Assembly: GCF_009914755.1 (NCBI RefSeq)
Contig: NC_060930.1
Source: the human T2T-CHM13v2.0 reference genome, Homo sapiens
Length of the DNA stretch: 64,000 nucleotides
Reading direction: 5' to 3' (one strand)
Numbering within the stretch: the stretch's first letter is position 1; each line of letters starts with the position of its first letter. The notes under the pieces were generated by a model. It made no database searches. It was not told the origin of the DNA and worked only from the letters and a program-made list of their open reading frames with translations. The translations under genes were made by a program, and so were the position numbers. Below are positions 14,288 to 28,016 of the stretch, one piece after another.

Positions 14288-15830
14288 TCTTTTGAGAGAT
14301 GTCTATTCCTGTCCTTTGCCCACTTTTTCATGGAATTATTTTTTTGTTTGTTTTGCAATTGAGTTGTTTGAGTTCCTTGTATATTCTGGATATTAGTCAC
14401 TTGATGGATAAATAATTTGCAAATATTTTCTCCCATTCAACAGGTTGTCTCTTCACTCTGTTGATTGTTTCTTTTGCTGTGCAGAAGCTTTTTGGTTTAA
14501 TACAGTCCCATTTGTCTATTTTTCTTTTGAATAAATATATGAAAAACTGCTCAGCCTCACTAATCATCAGGAAAATGTACATCAAAACCAAAATGAGATC
14601 TTATCTTATCCCAGTTAGAATGGCTATTATTAAAAAGACAAAAAATAACAGATACTGGCAAGGATTTAGAGAAAAGGGAACTTTTACACACTGGTTTTGG
14701 GGATGTAAACTAGTATAGCCATTATGGAAAACAGTATGGAGATTTCTCAAAAGACTAAAAATAGGACTACCATACAATTCAGCAATCCTACTTCTGGGTA
14801 TATATCCAAAGGAAGGGAAAGCAGTATATCAAAGGGATGCCTGCATCCCCATGTTTATTGCAGCACTATTCACAATAACTAAGACATGGAGTCAAGCTAA
14901 GTGTCCATTAGTGATAAATAAAGAAAATGTGGCATATATACACAATGGAATACTATTTGGCCATAAAAAAAGAATAAAATCCTGTCATTTGCAGCAACAT
15001 GTTTGGAACTGGAGGACAGTATGTTAAAGGAAACAAATCAGACACAGAAACACAAATATTGCATCTTCTCACTCATATGCTGGAGCTAAAAAGTTGATCT
15101 CATGGAGGTAGAGAGAGTAGAATGATGGTTATCAGATGCTGGGAAGGGTGTTTGAGGGGAAGTGAAGAGAGGTTGTTTAACAGGTACAAACATACAGTTA
15201 GATAAAAGTGTTACCGGTGCAGGGGTGTCCAGGTTCTTGGCATCTTTAACAAAGAATTGGACAAAATGCACAAACAAAGGAAGGAAAGAATGAAGCAACA
15301 AAAGCAGAGATTTTTTGAAAATGAAAGTACACTCCACAGTGTGGGAACAGGCCAGAGCACAGGGGTTCAAGAGCCCTGTTACAGAATTTTTGAGCGGTTA
15401 AATTCCCTCTAGAGATTTACATTGGTTACTTGGTGCACACCCTATGTAAATGAAGAGGATGAAGTAAAGTTACAAAGTCATTTACTGGGCATATGCCCTA
15501 TGGAGAGGACATCCCCTGTCATAGCTGAAGTGTGAATTGGCCTTATGTTCCCTGCCTCCAGAGCCTATTTTCCTCCCTCAGAGGGAATAAGTTCTAATAT
15601 TCGAAAGCAGAGTAGGGTGACTACCTACAGTCGACAACCATAAATTTTATATTTCAAAATAGCTAGAAGAGAGGACTGGAAATGCTCCCAACACATAGAC
15701 ATGATCAATGCTGGAGGTGACGGATACTCTAAATGCCCTGACTTGATTACTATGCATGCTACGCATGTAACAAAATATCACATGTACCCCATTAATTTGT
15801 ACAAATATTATGTGTCAATAAAAATATTTT
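14288..15830 (+). mobile_element. L1MA-like 3' fragment with 5' inversion, interrupted by an ERV1 LTR
   Basis: 14288-14527 is L1 ORF2 on minus and 14530-15830 is L1 on plus; TSD aaaata(a/g)gaaact at 14275-14287 and 15831-15843. Confidence 0.88.
15209..15580 (-). mobile_element. ERV1 solo LTR, MER61A-like
   Basis: TG...CA ends. Minus strand begins TGAGGGAGGAAAATAGGCTCTGGAGGCAGGGAACATAAGGCCAATTCACACTTCAGCTATGACAGG. It interrupts the L1 3'UTR. Confidence 0.75.
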
Positions 15831-17093
15831 AAAATAGGAAACTACCTTTTTATATGTAATAATCTGAACTCTTACTGCAGAGCTATCTTATCCAACAGCT
15901 CTGAAGTATAAGGAAAGCAAAAAGGAATTTAGAAACTTTCCCCCCAAACAGCTTTTTAAGTTTGATTTTACTCAGTTATATCCTTTAAATGAAATTATCC
16001 CAGGGCGTAAAATATTAAGTAAAATATAGAGGCAATTTGGAGCAAGAAAATAGGACCAACTTGCACGTGGTACTATGCAATTTTTTATGACCCACTTTCA
16101 GACATTTTTAATGTGACATGAAATAAATTCTGCTCTCACAACTTCCCATCCTCCCTCCAATCTTGAAGCATAGCTGGTGGGCTTCCAGAAAGAGAGCTCT
16201 GTTCTAATCAATTGGCTGAGCATCTCATCTTCTAATCCACGGCCTCCACACTTTCATCACAGCATAACCAGCTTCCCTCCCTAGTCTCTCCTCTCAAGTG
16301 ATCTTCTACATGGCAAGTATGTATTGTGTGCCTAGTATGTGCCAAGCTCCACCAATATACACCATTGCTCTTCATTTAACCCATATGAGAATGTTTCCTA
16401 TCTTTAAACTCTTATTTTGTTTTTTTAAAGAATAAAATCCACAATGACCGGTAATTCTTGTTTGTTATAGTTTGACAGTGATGATGATCCTCTCTACACT
16501 GGAATCTTTGGGTAGGTCTCCACATCACCCAGATGTCTGCCCCTAACCCTGACCACCTAGGATTCTGGCTGGTGGTTGTCATACCTGGGCCTGAATGTAG
16601 ACTCTAGAGGTGATGAAACCTACAGGTGAGGAGGAAGCATGTGACATGGAAACGATCGATGTCACATTAGGGTCCCCAGCACTGTTTGTAAAAAGACTTC
16701 AGTGGTCTAGCCTGAGAATCTACATTGCCCTTACAAAGAGTCTATGGAACAGGATGTTCCAAACAAAAATAATTTCCTCCTGTCTTCTTTTTTTTAAGCC
16801 ATATATCATTCGTAAGTTCAGAACTGTTTTTATATAAATACGGGTACATTTGGTGAAATAGTCCCATTACTTTGTAGCCATCCTTTCACAAAAAAGCTCA
16901 CTTAATTCATTTGTACATCTAGGTCATTTTCAACCTGAATAACTCGATATCAATTTTTCTCAAACAGTTTTGACAAAATGACATAGTTTTTTATGAGTTC
17001 CCTTTTATCCTTTTTAAAAATGTAACTAGATATAGATTTATCATTGGTATAAAACATACAAATCTAACAATAGCCATTATTTGTTTTGGGTTA

Positions 17094-17482
<389 letters not shown>

Positions 17483-17789
17483 CTAAGGATGCTCTTAGTC
17501 TAGCTGGAAATCACTGGTTTCACCAAGAGGTTTATCCACATGATGAGAACGGGGGCTTCCAACTTGCTATCAGCAGAATGGGAGGGAAAGTGCCTCTGAC
17601 CAAGGAGACCTCGGTGATCCATACATGCCTCCAGTTACACAACAGACAGATCAGTCTGAAATGATGACAGGAGGCAAAGCATGGCACCTGTTACAAACTG
17701 CAACCATTTCTAACTTTGTATTGCTGAAAAGGTCTGAGCTGCCTGAAGCAGTGTTTGTGTTTTCTTCTGCTGTAAAAAAATGTACTCAC

Positions 17790-17929
17790 CCTAAGGAGTA
17801 GAGGCGGCACTGCTTGTTGCGGATTTGATGAGCTAAATTGAACCTGTCGTCAAGACACACTGACCAGGGCTTGTGTGTAGGACTAGAGTCAGTAGCCAGG
17901 CTGTCTGTATTCATGTGATTGCATGCAAT
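17790..17929 (-). CDS. METTL24: METTL24 coding exon 3 ([47 protein letters not shown])
   Basis: Not in the ORF track; read manually. Acceptor tttccaatctttacag|ATT; donor TAGG|gtgagt; 140 nt, phase 0 to phase 2. The GG joins the first G of exon 4 to make Gly. Confidence 0.93.
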
Positions 17930-19060
17930 CTGTAAAGATTGGAAATCAATGTGAATAATTTGAAATGTTGGATGATAAATAGCAGGTAGGGACTTATTGC
18001 TTCCCCATCCTTGAAAACCGTAATAGGAAAGTTATAATCTCCTCCACTGCTAACAACTCCCCTCCCCAGGGAACCACAAGACTGCTATAAAGTGTTTGGA
18101 GAAATTTCAATTACTAGATAATAAGTAATCTCATGGAGACTATATGCAGGTTTGGAGAGAAGTTAAGAGCTGCTGTAGCCATGTGCACAGGGTGTGCAGG
18201 AGAGAACAAATCAGGAGCAAAAGGTGGGAGGAGCGGCTGTGTCAGGAAGCCTTTGTAGAGGGGTGCTAGTCCTGGAGGATGAACCGAGAGGCTTGGACCA
18301 AGAAGGGCAGTCCAGACACAGAGAACAGTGCTCACCATGCATAGATGTCTTCGTTACTCACAGAGTCCCTACTATAAGATGTGAGGCACAATGATAGGCA
18401 TAGATCTCAGAAGCATACTCCCAAGATTAGCTATCCCTTATTTCAGGCAGATAAGGTGGGGCCACTAAGGTCCAGAAGGATGGCAGGTGTTATCCAAGGT
18501 AAACAGCTGATCATGGGTCAAGTGAAAGTAATAGGCAGTCCCTGCTGATAAGGCAGTGTTCCTTGTGATACACTGCTCTAATGCGCTTCCTCCTGGGGGA
18601 GAAGGGCAACAGCCCCAGGCAGGAGGCTCTTCCTGAGCTAACAGAAGCACTTTTCTTAACTCATCCATCAAAATTAGATAAGAAAACCAAAGGAATATAT
18701 GAGTAAGTCAAGCAAAAGCAAGTCTCTAATTTCAACTGCACACAAAGCAAATATACTTCATAAGGGATTCTGACTTGTATTTGAGGCTAGTACATTTCGC
18801 ACAGCTGAGGCTGTTGAAACCAAAGAAAATAAGGAAAATAAGTTCTGTGGCCAAGATATTTACCTTACTGAGCAACAGTATTTTCCCCCAATCCCTTAGA
18901 ACTCTCATAGTCATCATGATGCTCCATGAATGCAGCAGCTTTTGCTGTCACAGCATAGACCACAGACCGCTCCAGATGCAAAGAACGTTTTGAGATTCAT
19001 TGCTTTCATCCATTGGAAAACATTAACAGCAAGTAATTTTCTTCCTAAGAAGATATTCTA

Positions 19061-19377
<317 letters not shown>

Positions 19378-20212
19378 AGATATTCTAGGCTTGCCTAATC
19401 CTTTAACTGATTTTCCAAAATTTTAATCTAAGAAGAGCATATTACGTGGAGCCTATTCGACTAACACAGCATCTGCATTACTCTTGCTATCCCCTCCGGC
19501 TGGCCTGGCAAAATCATCCTGCACTATTTATCAGTGAATGTTAAGTCTTCTGGTAGGATTTGGACATCTCAGAGGAAAGCTGAAAAAGTGAAACCCCTAT
19601 ATATCTTTTCCTGGAATCCACTATTTTTCTACTTCTCTATCTCCAACAACTGTTTAAAGGACAAAATAATCAGAGAAAATGGAATTGAATCTTTTCTGAA
19701 GCAACAGCTACAGAATACATTTATTAACTGGGTGCGTCAACATGTTAATTTGATAATTCATCTCCTACTATTCTCCCACAGATAAATGGAAATTATGTCT
19801 CTGCCTGCCCACCTCCTATTCTCCACCCACTCACCTAAGGGAAGAGAAGTTGCTAATCTAGTTAGTCAGAACTCAGTGTGTTCATTGGACCCTGTTCTGC
19901 TAGTGGACAGATTACTGTGTCTTAAACATGGGCACCTTCCTGAGCTCCACCTCCAGTGGGAAACTAGTTAGTCCAGGGCAGCTGTGTGTGCCCCCAAAGC
20001 ATGCCTGGACCTTATAAGCCAGAGCCATCTGCTTGGGGGAAGTCTCCTGGGATATTTTTATTAAAATGGTATGATGATCCCCATTTGCTATTGTTCTTTG
20101 TGTACGTATCTCCCTAAACACCTCCATAATGACAGATGAAGATGTGATGTTTGCAGGACCTTGCTCATCATTCCCTCCTAATGCCATCCAAACCTAGCTC
20201 TAACCTTTCCCA

Positions 20213-20372
20213 CAGTGTTTCTCAACATACGGTCCGCCTACATCAGAATCACCTGGGAGGTACTTAAAATGCAGATTCCTGGGCCTCCCTCCAGATCTAC
20301 AAACTCAGAATCTTTGAGGCTGATACCTGAGAACATGCATTTTAATAAGCTCCCCCAGGTGATTTTTATGCA
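20213..20372. mobile_element. MER5A-like hAT-Charlie
   Basis: cagtgtttctcaac...catcagaatcacctggga...aaatgcagattcctgggcc...caggtgatt. Confidence 0.75.
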
Positions 20373-20812
20373 GATGGCCTTTTGAGTTTACTGGAGGCCT
20401 TTTGTAAAGCCCCAGTGAAAGGTTCCAGCCTAGTCACATCTCTGCCTCAGAAAATTAAAAGAGGCTATACTTGGGCCAGAGCTTTAAACTGAAAACATCA
20501 GCCCCTCTGACTCCCAACCCTAACAATGGGTTGAAGGGGTTAGCACTGACAGTTAGCCAGAGGCCTCCAAAAGTCAGGTAGGCATTGAAGATCCGCAGTG
20601 AGGGCTTTCAGGTCCAGCAGTTCCTCCTTTGCTAAAGTCAGGAACTAGGGTTTTATTTTATTAAAGATGACACTTTGTCTACTTTAAGCATTTCTTCTTA
20701 TTCTACAGATTTCATCTTGGACAGATATATCTCTATTGAAGAGACATTCTTTTTCATTCACTCCCCCTGATAAGGTCCCCTCTTCCTTTCTTAGCTCAGA
20801 AATAAAACACAA

Positions 20813-21140
20813 GGGCCGGGCGTGGTGGCTCACGCCTGTAATCCCAGCACTTTGGGAGGCCGAGGCAGGCAGATCACACAAGATCAGGAGTTTGAGACCA
20901 GCCTGGCCAGCATGGTGAAACCCCGCCTTTACTAAAAAAAAACATACAAAAGTTAGCCGGACATACTGGCATGTGCCTGTAATCCCAGCTACTAGGGAGG
21001 CTGAGGCAGAATTGCTTGAAACCGGGAGGGCGGAGGTTGCAGTGAGCCGAGATTGCGCCACTGCACTTCAGCCTGGGCAACAGAGCAAGACTCTACCTCA
21101 AAAAAAAAAAAAAAAAAGAAAGAAAGAAAGAAAAGAAAAG
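20813..21140 (+). mobile_element. AluS
   Basis: Full dimer; TSD agaaataaaacacaa. Confidence 0.95.
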
Positions 21141-21708
21141 AAATAAAACACAAAAATTATTCAATTTTAACCATTTATTAAACACCTCATTGATAGACAT
21201 TAGCTTTTGTAAACAACTGAAAGTCCTCCATAAACTTCTGCTCCTAAAAATTAATTATTGATTTTTCAAACTTTCTAGTTAAGATTTATGGCCAGGGCTT
21301 CAATAAGCTCTCTTGTAAGCAAAATAAGTGAGGGCAGTAACTTCTAGCTAAGTTCCAACTCAACTAATTATGTTCTCTGTCTCTCTTTAATTCCCCTTGT
21401 AATTTTAGCCAAATAAAGCAAATTAGGCCTAGACAAAGGAAAAAATATTTTGTGAAATTTTTTTAATTATTTAACTTAAAGGGATCTAATTTATTTTCAT
21501 TTCATTTTGTATCCCAAAAGCTTGAATGGTATTTCTGCCAACCCATAAGTAGAATCTGGCAAAGGGAGCCCTTAAAATTTTGGAACTTAAGAATCACTTC
21601 AATGATCTGCGTGTTTACAGAACGATCAACTCTATGCTCTATGTTTATACAGTACCACTATTTTTGAAAGACTCGAGGGCAGAATTGTATGCTTATTGTT
21701 TTTATCCC

Positions 21709-21743
21709 TGTGTGTGTATGTGTGTGTGTGTGTGTGTGTGTGT
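21709..21743 (+). repeat. (TG)n microsatellite
   Basis: Direct reading. Confidence 0.95.
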
Positions 21744-21866
21744 AGCAGTAAATACAACAGATACTATTGTTGTAAAGTTATATTCTGAATATCCAGAGCA
21801 TGGGTTCTTATTCTTAGGTTATTCTTACAAATTGATAGATGGGTAGATAACTAGGTAGAGAGGTAG

Positions 21867-21914
<48 letters not shown>
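21867..21914 (+). repeat. (AGAT)n tetranucleotide STR, about 12 units
   Basis: Direct reading. Confidence 0.95.
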
Positions 21915-23393
21915 GACAGACAGAAAAACAGGCTTTAAAACATATTTTATTTTTTCTTTTTAAAAACAGCCACTGTTGCTTAGATTAATTTTATACTGCA
22001 AGGCATGTTTCCTGGAGGCATATGGTTTGGGGGTTGCCATGAAAAGCTGAATCTGGAGACTTCCCTTAGAACAGAGCACTGTATTTATGATTTAACTATT
22101 TCTTGTTAGCAGCAGACAGTGTACCACGGACTACAGAACTCTGTCGTGTATCATGGTCTTTCACATTGAAAAAAAAAAATAGTACCTAATTAAGCTGAGC
22201 TTGATGTTCCGCACACTCTACCCAAACACCATATCCTCTGGAATTTCATTTAAAAATGCATGACCCCAACCATGCCTCCAGGACCACAATGCACAAGTCT
22301 AGGGGTGCCACGCCCATTGCTGTCTCATGCCATGCTGTCCTATGCCCTATGCCTCTGCTCCCGGGCTCCTCTGGCCTAGGAAGCTTTCCCCATCCATCTG
22401 TCTCCCCCCTGTTAGAGAACACCCAACTCTCTTGCACCCTACCTATTTACCAGTGTGGAGGGGTGTTTTATTGAGGCTTAATATCCCAAGGCCTGGCACA
22501 GTGCCAGCCATAAAGCAGGTGTTCAACAAATACCCTCTGGATTGAGGAATGAATACATCAATGATGCACATACCAAATGCTGGCCTTGCTGTACAAGCTT
22601 GAGCACAGATTTGAGGGAAGTATATTTCTTAATGTTAAAAAGCAGCATAAGAGGATGGGGGTGGATTTTGCATTAGTACCTTCAGAGCTTTTATTTTTTT
22701 CCTTGCCCATTATGACTCACTTCTGCTAACTGAAATTTTTAGGTAACAGTGACTCTAATATTCTGCCAGTTTCGTAGGCTTTCATTGTCAAGATGAGTTC
22801 TAAATGAGGCATAAGCCCCAAAAGCAACCATAAAGCTTTGCATTACATACGGAGGGGGAGGGAGCATTGGTTAGTAAAAGATTCTGATTAAGAACCATTT
22901 AGTGTCATCTCTGGTGACTCCCATCTGCTGGCCTTCTAGTAACCCGGAAGTACATCAAAGCACAGAACCTTATCTGGCTAAAATGGCCCCGCATTAAAAA
23001 CCATTGTGAGGTCCGGAATTTTACGTCATTCTTTCTGGAGGACAAAAATCCTTCTAGTGAGCTTCAACAACAAATTCTCTATTATCGCTCATCAAGCTGA
23101 ATAATAATTATACATCCAGTTATCCACCTTCACAAAGAGTTGGTTAGATCCTTAAGGGCAGAGACTATATCCTCAGGGCCCAGAACAGTTCCTGGCACCT
23201 TGTAGACACTCAAAAATACTTGGTTAATAACCATTCTATACTGCTCTGTGCACAGTACAAGCTCACAGAACTGAGGGGGACCTTAGAAATAATTTTGATA
23301 CAATCTCTTCCATTTCAGGATCAGAACAAGGAGAGCCAGAGAAGCAAAGTGAAGTACCCAGGTTTACAAGATCAGACTACGGAGGATGCTTTA

Positions 23394-23798
<405 letters not shown>

Positions 23799-25225
23799 CT
23801 AAGCAAACATGCCTTTTATAAGTTATGGAACATTAACATGAAATACATATAGAATGGAATTTGGTAGCTTGCATTACATAAATTTATTTTGGCGAGTGAA
23901 GCCCATAGTTCTCAAATCCGATTCATAAAATTAAAACCTCTTATTTTCTTCTGGAGCCTTTAAGGGCTTTTGAAAATCACAGTTAAAAGGTCCAGATTCT
24001 TATCGTTCATGTAAAATCAAACTACAAAACTAAAATTTCAGTATTTTAATTAAGTCTGCCTAAGTCCATCAAATTAATTTGCAGCAGCAAAATAAGATAA
24101 AATCATGAGAAGCACAGGGACTAATTCAACAGCCCATCACTCATGATTAATTCAACAAGCTTTTACGTCCATGTTTGGGTGACAAATACTAAAATTCCTA
24201 TGATTGTCTCACTGCATTATATGATAAATGAGACTTTCTTTTACCCCTAAACTAACTAACCTCCTAAAGATCTGGAAATATATTCTCTCCTACGGAGGAA
24301 AAGCGCTTTGCTGCCAGAGAGGCTGGGGAGGAGAACAGGGATGTCAAGAGTGGGCTTGAGGGAGATTCTAAAAATCCAGGATCCCCCGTGCAGCACCAGC
24401 TCCACTGTGCAGCTTCCTGAGTGGGCCTCTGTGCAGCTCACAGGCAGTCTGAGCTGCTAATTTGCTAGCACCTCTCAGTTCAGGGCTAAATTTCCCTTGG
24501 GCCTTGATTTCCTTTTCTGTCTCTCTTTCCCCCTGGGATCAGGCAACTTGAGAATGGAACCTTCTGATTAACATGTCAAGAGCCATAGACTGTCTTAATG
24601 GACAGTCTCTTTGCCTGCTCGGGGCACTGGCTCAGCCTGGAGCTGGGCAGGAACTACCACAATGTGTTAAGTCACTAATAAAGGCCCGTGCTCAGTAATG
24701 ATTTCAAGTGCTCTGAGATAGAGAGCCTTTGGATTCATTAACTCCTCAGCACACTGCCTGCAAAGCCTCCTCTGCTCTCTTGCCTAGCACATCCCTGGCT
24801 GCCAAGCATCTGTGACAGAAGAGTGGAAAGGCAAGTTCCTCCAAATACAAAATGGTGCTTGAACCTCTAGATGATGGTTTTGTTTTGTGACATACTCGAC
24901 TGCCTACTCACGGGGACCAATCTGTCATTTCAAATGGTTTTCCAAAGCAATTTTCTAAAGTGGATCTTTAAAACACTTTGGGATGAATCATTTAAACATT
25001 TCAGGTTGGTGACACTCTTGGAGGAAGGAACATGCCCTAGCAAATGGAAGGTATCTTATCTGCCTCCAAGTGAGTGGATGAGTTTAAGCAACAATGCCTC
25101 TGAACACACTTCCCCATCAAGTCCTCATCAGGAGTCGCTGAGAACCTCCCCCACCTCCTTCTTTCAAAAGAGGCAATCAGGATCTTTCACATTCTTCTCT
25201 AACTCCTTTGAGCCTGAAACACAAC

Positions 25226-25324
25226 CTGGGTGGTGCTGATATATCTCAGGAACCTCCAGGCTTCTTCATCCAGGGACTGAGCAGAGCCTGCCCAAGGCTG
25301 GAGATCTATATGCCACCGGGGACC
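25226..25324 (-). CDS. METTL24: METTL24 coding exon 2 ([33 protein letters not shown])
   Basis: Acceptor ttttctgtctcttgcag|GGT; donor CAG|gttgtg; 99 nt, phase 0-0, in frame with exons 1 and 3. Confidence 0.93.
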
Positions 25325-26840
25325 CTGCAAGAGACAGAAAACATAGGTTGTGTGTAAGGAAGGAGGAACTGGGTGGGAGGAGAAGGACACAGTATCAGAG
25401 AGGAAGCAAGGCTGCTTTGGCTGTCAGCAAAACACACACATATGCACACAGGCAGCAGGAGGCTCTTTGCGAGCTGCTGTCATTAAGGCCACATCAGTCG
25501 CAGGGAGACAAATGAGGCCGGAGACAGCACAACTCCCAGGTTGGGGAATTTGCAGGAGAATGCAAAGGCCCCAGGACTGTCTGACTCTGCATGTATGATC
25601 AAAGGCAAACTCCACTTGACCCCATTGGGCTCTCCCTTAACTGCAGCTTATTTTATATGAGGCTGTGCTCCTCCGGGAAAAGAAACTCCCTTATCGACGA
25701 CAGTCTCCCAAAGCTTAGAGCTTCAAGAATATGTGCCTCTCTAAACAAAGCACCATAATGCTGGGGGCTTGTCTTTGTTCTGGGCATTTGTTTATCTTCC
25801 TCAGTGCAGGGAGATGGGACCACGGCCCTTGGCTGCTGGGACCCTGCACAGGCAGAGCGAGGACCCCAGAACTGTCATCACCAGGGCTGGGGAGGGTGGC
25901 TTTCTAGCACTGTGAGGCAGCCACCACCTGTTAGCAGAGGTTACGAGGTGCTCCCAAGAACAGAGTGGTTAAGGATGACCCGCTCAGCCCCCTTTTGTAG
26001 CAAGGATGGGTGGATGAAGGGTTGGGGGAATGCAATGGTCTGGAGGAAACAAAAATGGTAGCCCCTCCAGTAAAAAGGGGGCACTAGTCAGGAAATCCTT
26101 ATTAGAGCTCAAAACTCCCACCTATAGTTGTCAACACCAAGAGACCTCCAGGAGGTTTGCTGCAATTCCCAGGGGTGGGGACGGCTCGTGCAGGGTAGGG
26201 AAGGGCTGGGGGAAGGGAGAGCTCCAGCAGCTGGCGGGGTCAATGTCTAGTGCCAGGAAAGGCTTTGGGCGTCATAGCATAGGTTTCCTGCAGTGTAGTG
26301 AGAATGGGCCCCTAAACCCCTTTTTATATGGTGAGGAAGTAGGCAGGGGAGGGTTCTGGGGGCAAGATAAAGGGATCATTCACATATACACAGTGTTCTC
26401 CAGTCAGGTACTGTGGTGGGAACTCTCAGCACCCAAGAAAGAAACATCTAGACAGGCCAGCCGTGAGATGCTTTAGTACAAATGTGGTTTGTTGCCCCTA
26501 GATGGGGTGGCCTAGGTGACTCGGGGTTACATAGAAAACAGGAAAGTAGTGGGGAACAAGGTTAGTCTATGTGAAGCCAGACGGTCTGGGTTTGGGGAAG
26601 AGGAATCCATTCTCACTTGGGCGTCTGAGATCAATACCAGCGCTTTGGAAGTGATCAAGGGTTATTCAGTTTTGGCATTATTAGACACACATCATTGCAG
26701 AATCCCTGTAGAGCCCACAGTCTCACATCCCCACAGCCTGTACTACCCTTGTGGGGGCTGAGCCTCACGCAGTCCCTCTAGATTGAAGGAGGCCTCCCTG
26801 GTTTCCCGCAGACTGCCTCTTTTTTCAGGAACCCATAGGG

Positions 26841-27083
26841 CAGGGCCAGCTGTATGGGCATGCAACCTGTGCAGTCTTAGGAGGCCATGCTCAGTTTAAT
26901 GCTCTGCTGATGCTGTCTCGAAATTCTTAGTAATTTTATTATTTTTTTTATTACTGCTCCTTGCAGAGCAGGGCTAACTCACAGGCAGTGTGCCTAGAGT
27001 CAGTCAAAATTCTTAAAAATTTTTGAACAAAAGGCCCTGCATTTCATTTTATACTGGGCCCACGAATCATGTAGCCAGTCTTC
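26841..27083 (+). mobile_element. MER45A (hAT-Tip100) split by a short retroposed insert
   Basis: cagggccagctgtatgggcatgcaacctgtgcagtc...tttaatgctctgctg...gaacaaaaggccctgcatttc...atgtagccagtc. Confidence 0.8.
26938..27005 (-). mobile_element. About 53-nt polyadenylated retrocopy with TSD
   Basis: Minus strand: gactgactctaggcacactgcctgtgagttagccctgctctgcaaggagcagt plus an A-rich tail; TSD aaattctta(gt/aa)aatttt. Confidence 0.8.
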
Positions 27084-27711
27084 CCTGAGGGACACCTTCT
27101 GAAAGAACAGCCTTTTCTTGTAGCTCTTCTTGTTCTGTGCAGGCTGAGCAGGCAGAGACTCTAGTAAGAGAGCTGGAGAACATTAAGTCATACATCTTTC
27201 CAGTTAATGCCTCCCACACCCTCATTTCTTTTTTCCTTCTCTGAATTCGATGTTGATTACCATTTGGTCAAACAATATTTATTGAGCCTTAGCCACTCTG
27301 TGCCAGGCACTGGTAAATAGAGATATGACTAAAACCCAGGCTCTCCCAAGAGGCACTCATGGTCAGGTGGGGGAGACAGATATGTACAAAATAACTTCGA
27401 TAGTAAAATGCTAAAATATTCAGGAGAGTTGTTCTCTTTAGGAAATTATTCGATTCTGAAATCATAAATTATCAACACATTTAAACACAAATGCCTCCAG
27501 TCCTGCTTGGTCACATTGACAGAGTGAGTGCTTCCCAGGTTGCTGCAGCAGCCAGCACAGCAATATGATGTCCCAGGAGCACTCAGCTAGGCCCGGGGTT
27601 TAAAACCTCCCACTTCACTGTCATGGACCACTCACAAGGGCCCCGAGCATCTGGCCCAGGAGTCCCTGGATGAAAATGATGAAGTTCACATGTTATGGTT
27701 TTCCTCAAAAT

Positions 27712-27933
27712 CAGGAGTTGGAAAATCTTTTCTATAATGGGTCAAATAGCCAATGTTTTAGACTTTGCAGGCCACACAGTTTCTGTTGCAACTCTTTGCC
27801 TCCTGTTGTAGCTCAAAAGCAGCCATAGACAGTAAGTAAACAAATGGTTATGGCTGTCTTCCAATAAAGCTCCATTTACACAAACAGGCAGCAGGCTGGA
27901 TTGGGCCTGCAAGCTGTAGTTTGCTGACTCCTG
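27712..27933 (+). mobile_element. MER58A (hAT-Charlie)
   Basis: TIR-like ends caggagttggaaaa / tttgctgactcctg and typical internal sequence. Confidence 0.8.
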
Positions 27934-28016
27934 CTCCAGCTGATCCTAATTCAGAGGTAGGCTGGCCTAAAAGGGGGGGTTGACTGAAATAATGCAAGGG
28001 AGACAGACTATGATGT

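Noticed and set aside
15487-15498. Possible p53 element in the MER61-like LTR (gggcatatgccc)
   Set aside because: Does not fit RRRCWWGYYY spacing, and no second half-site is adjacent.
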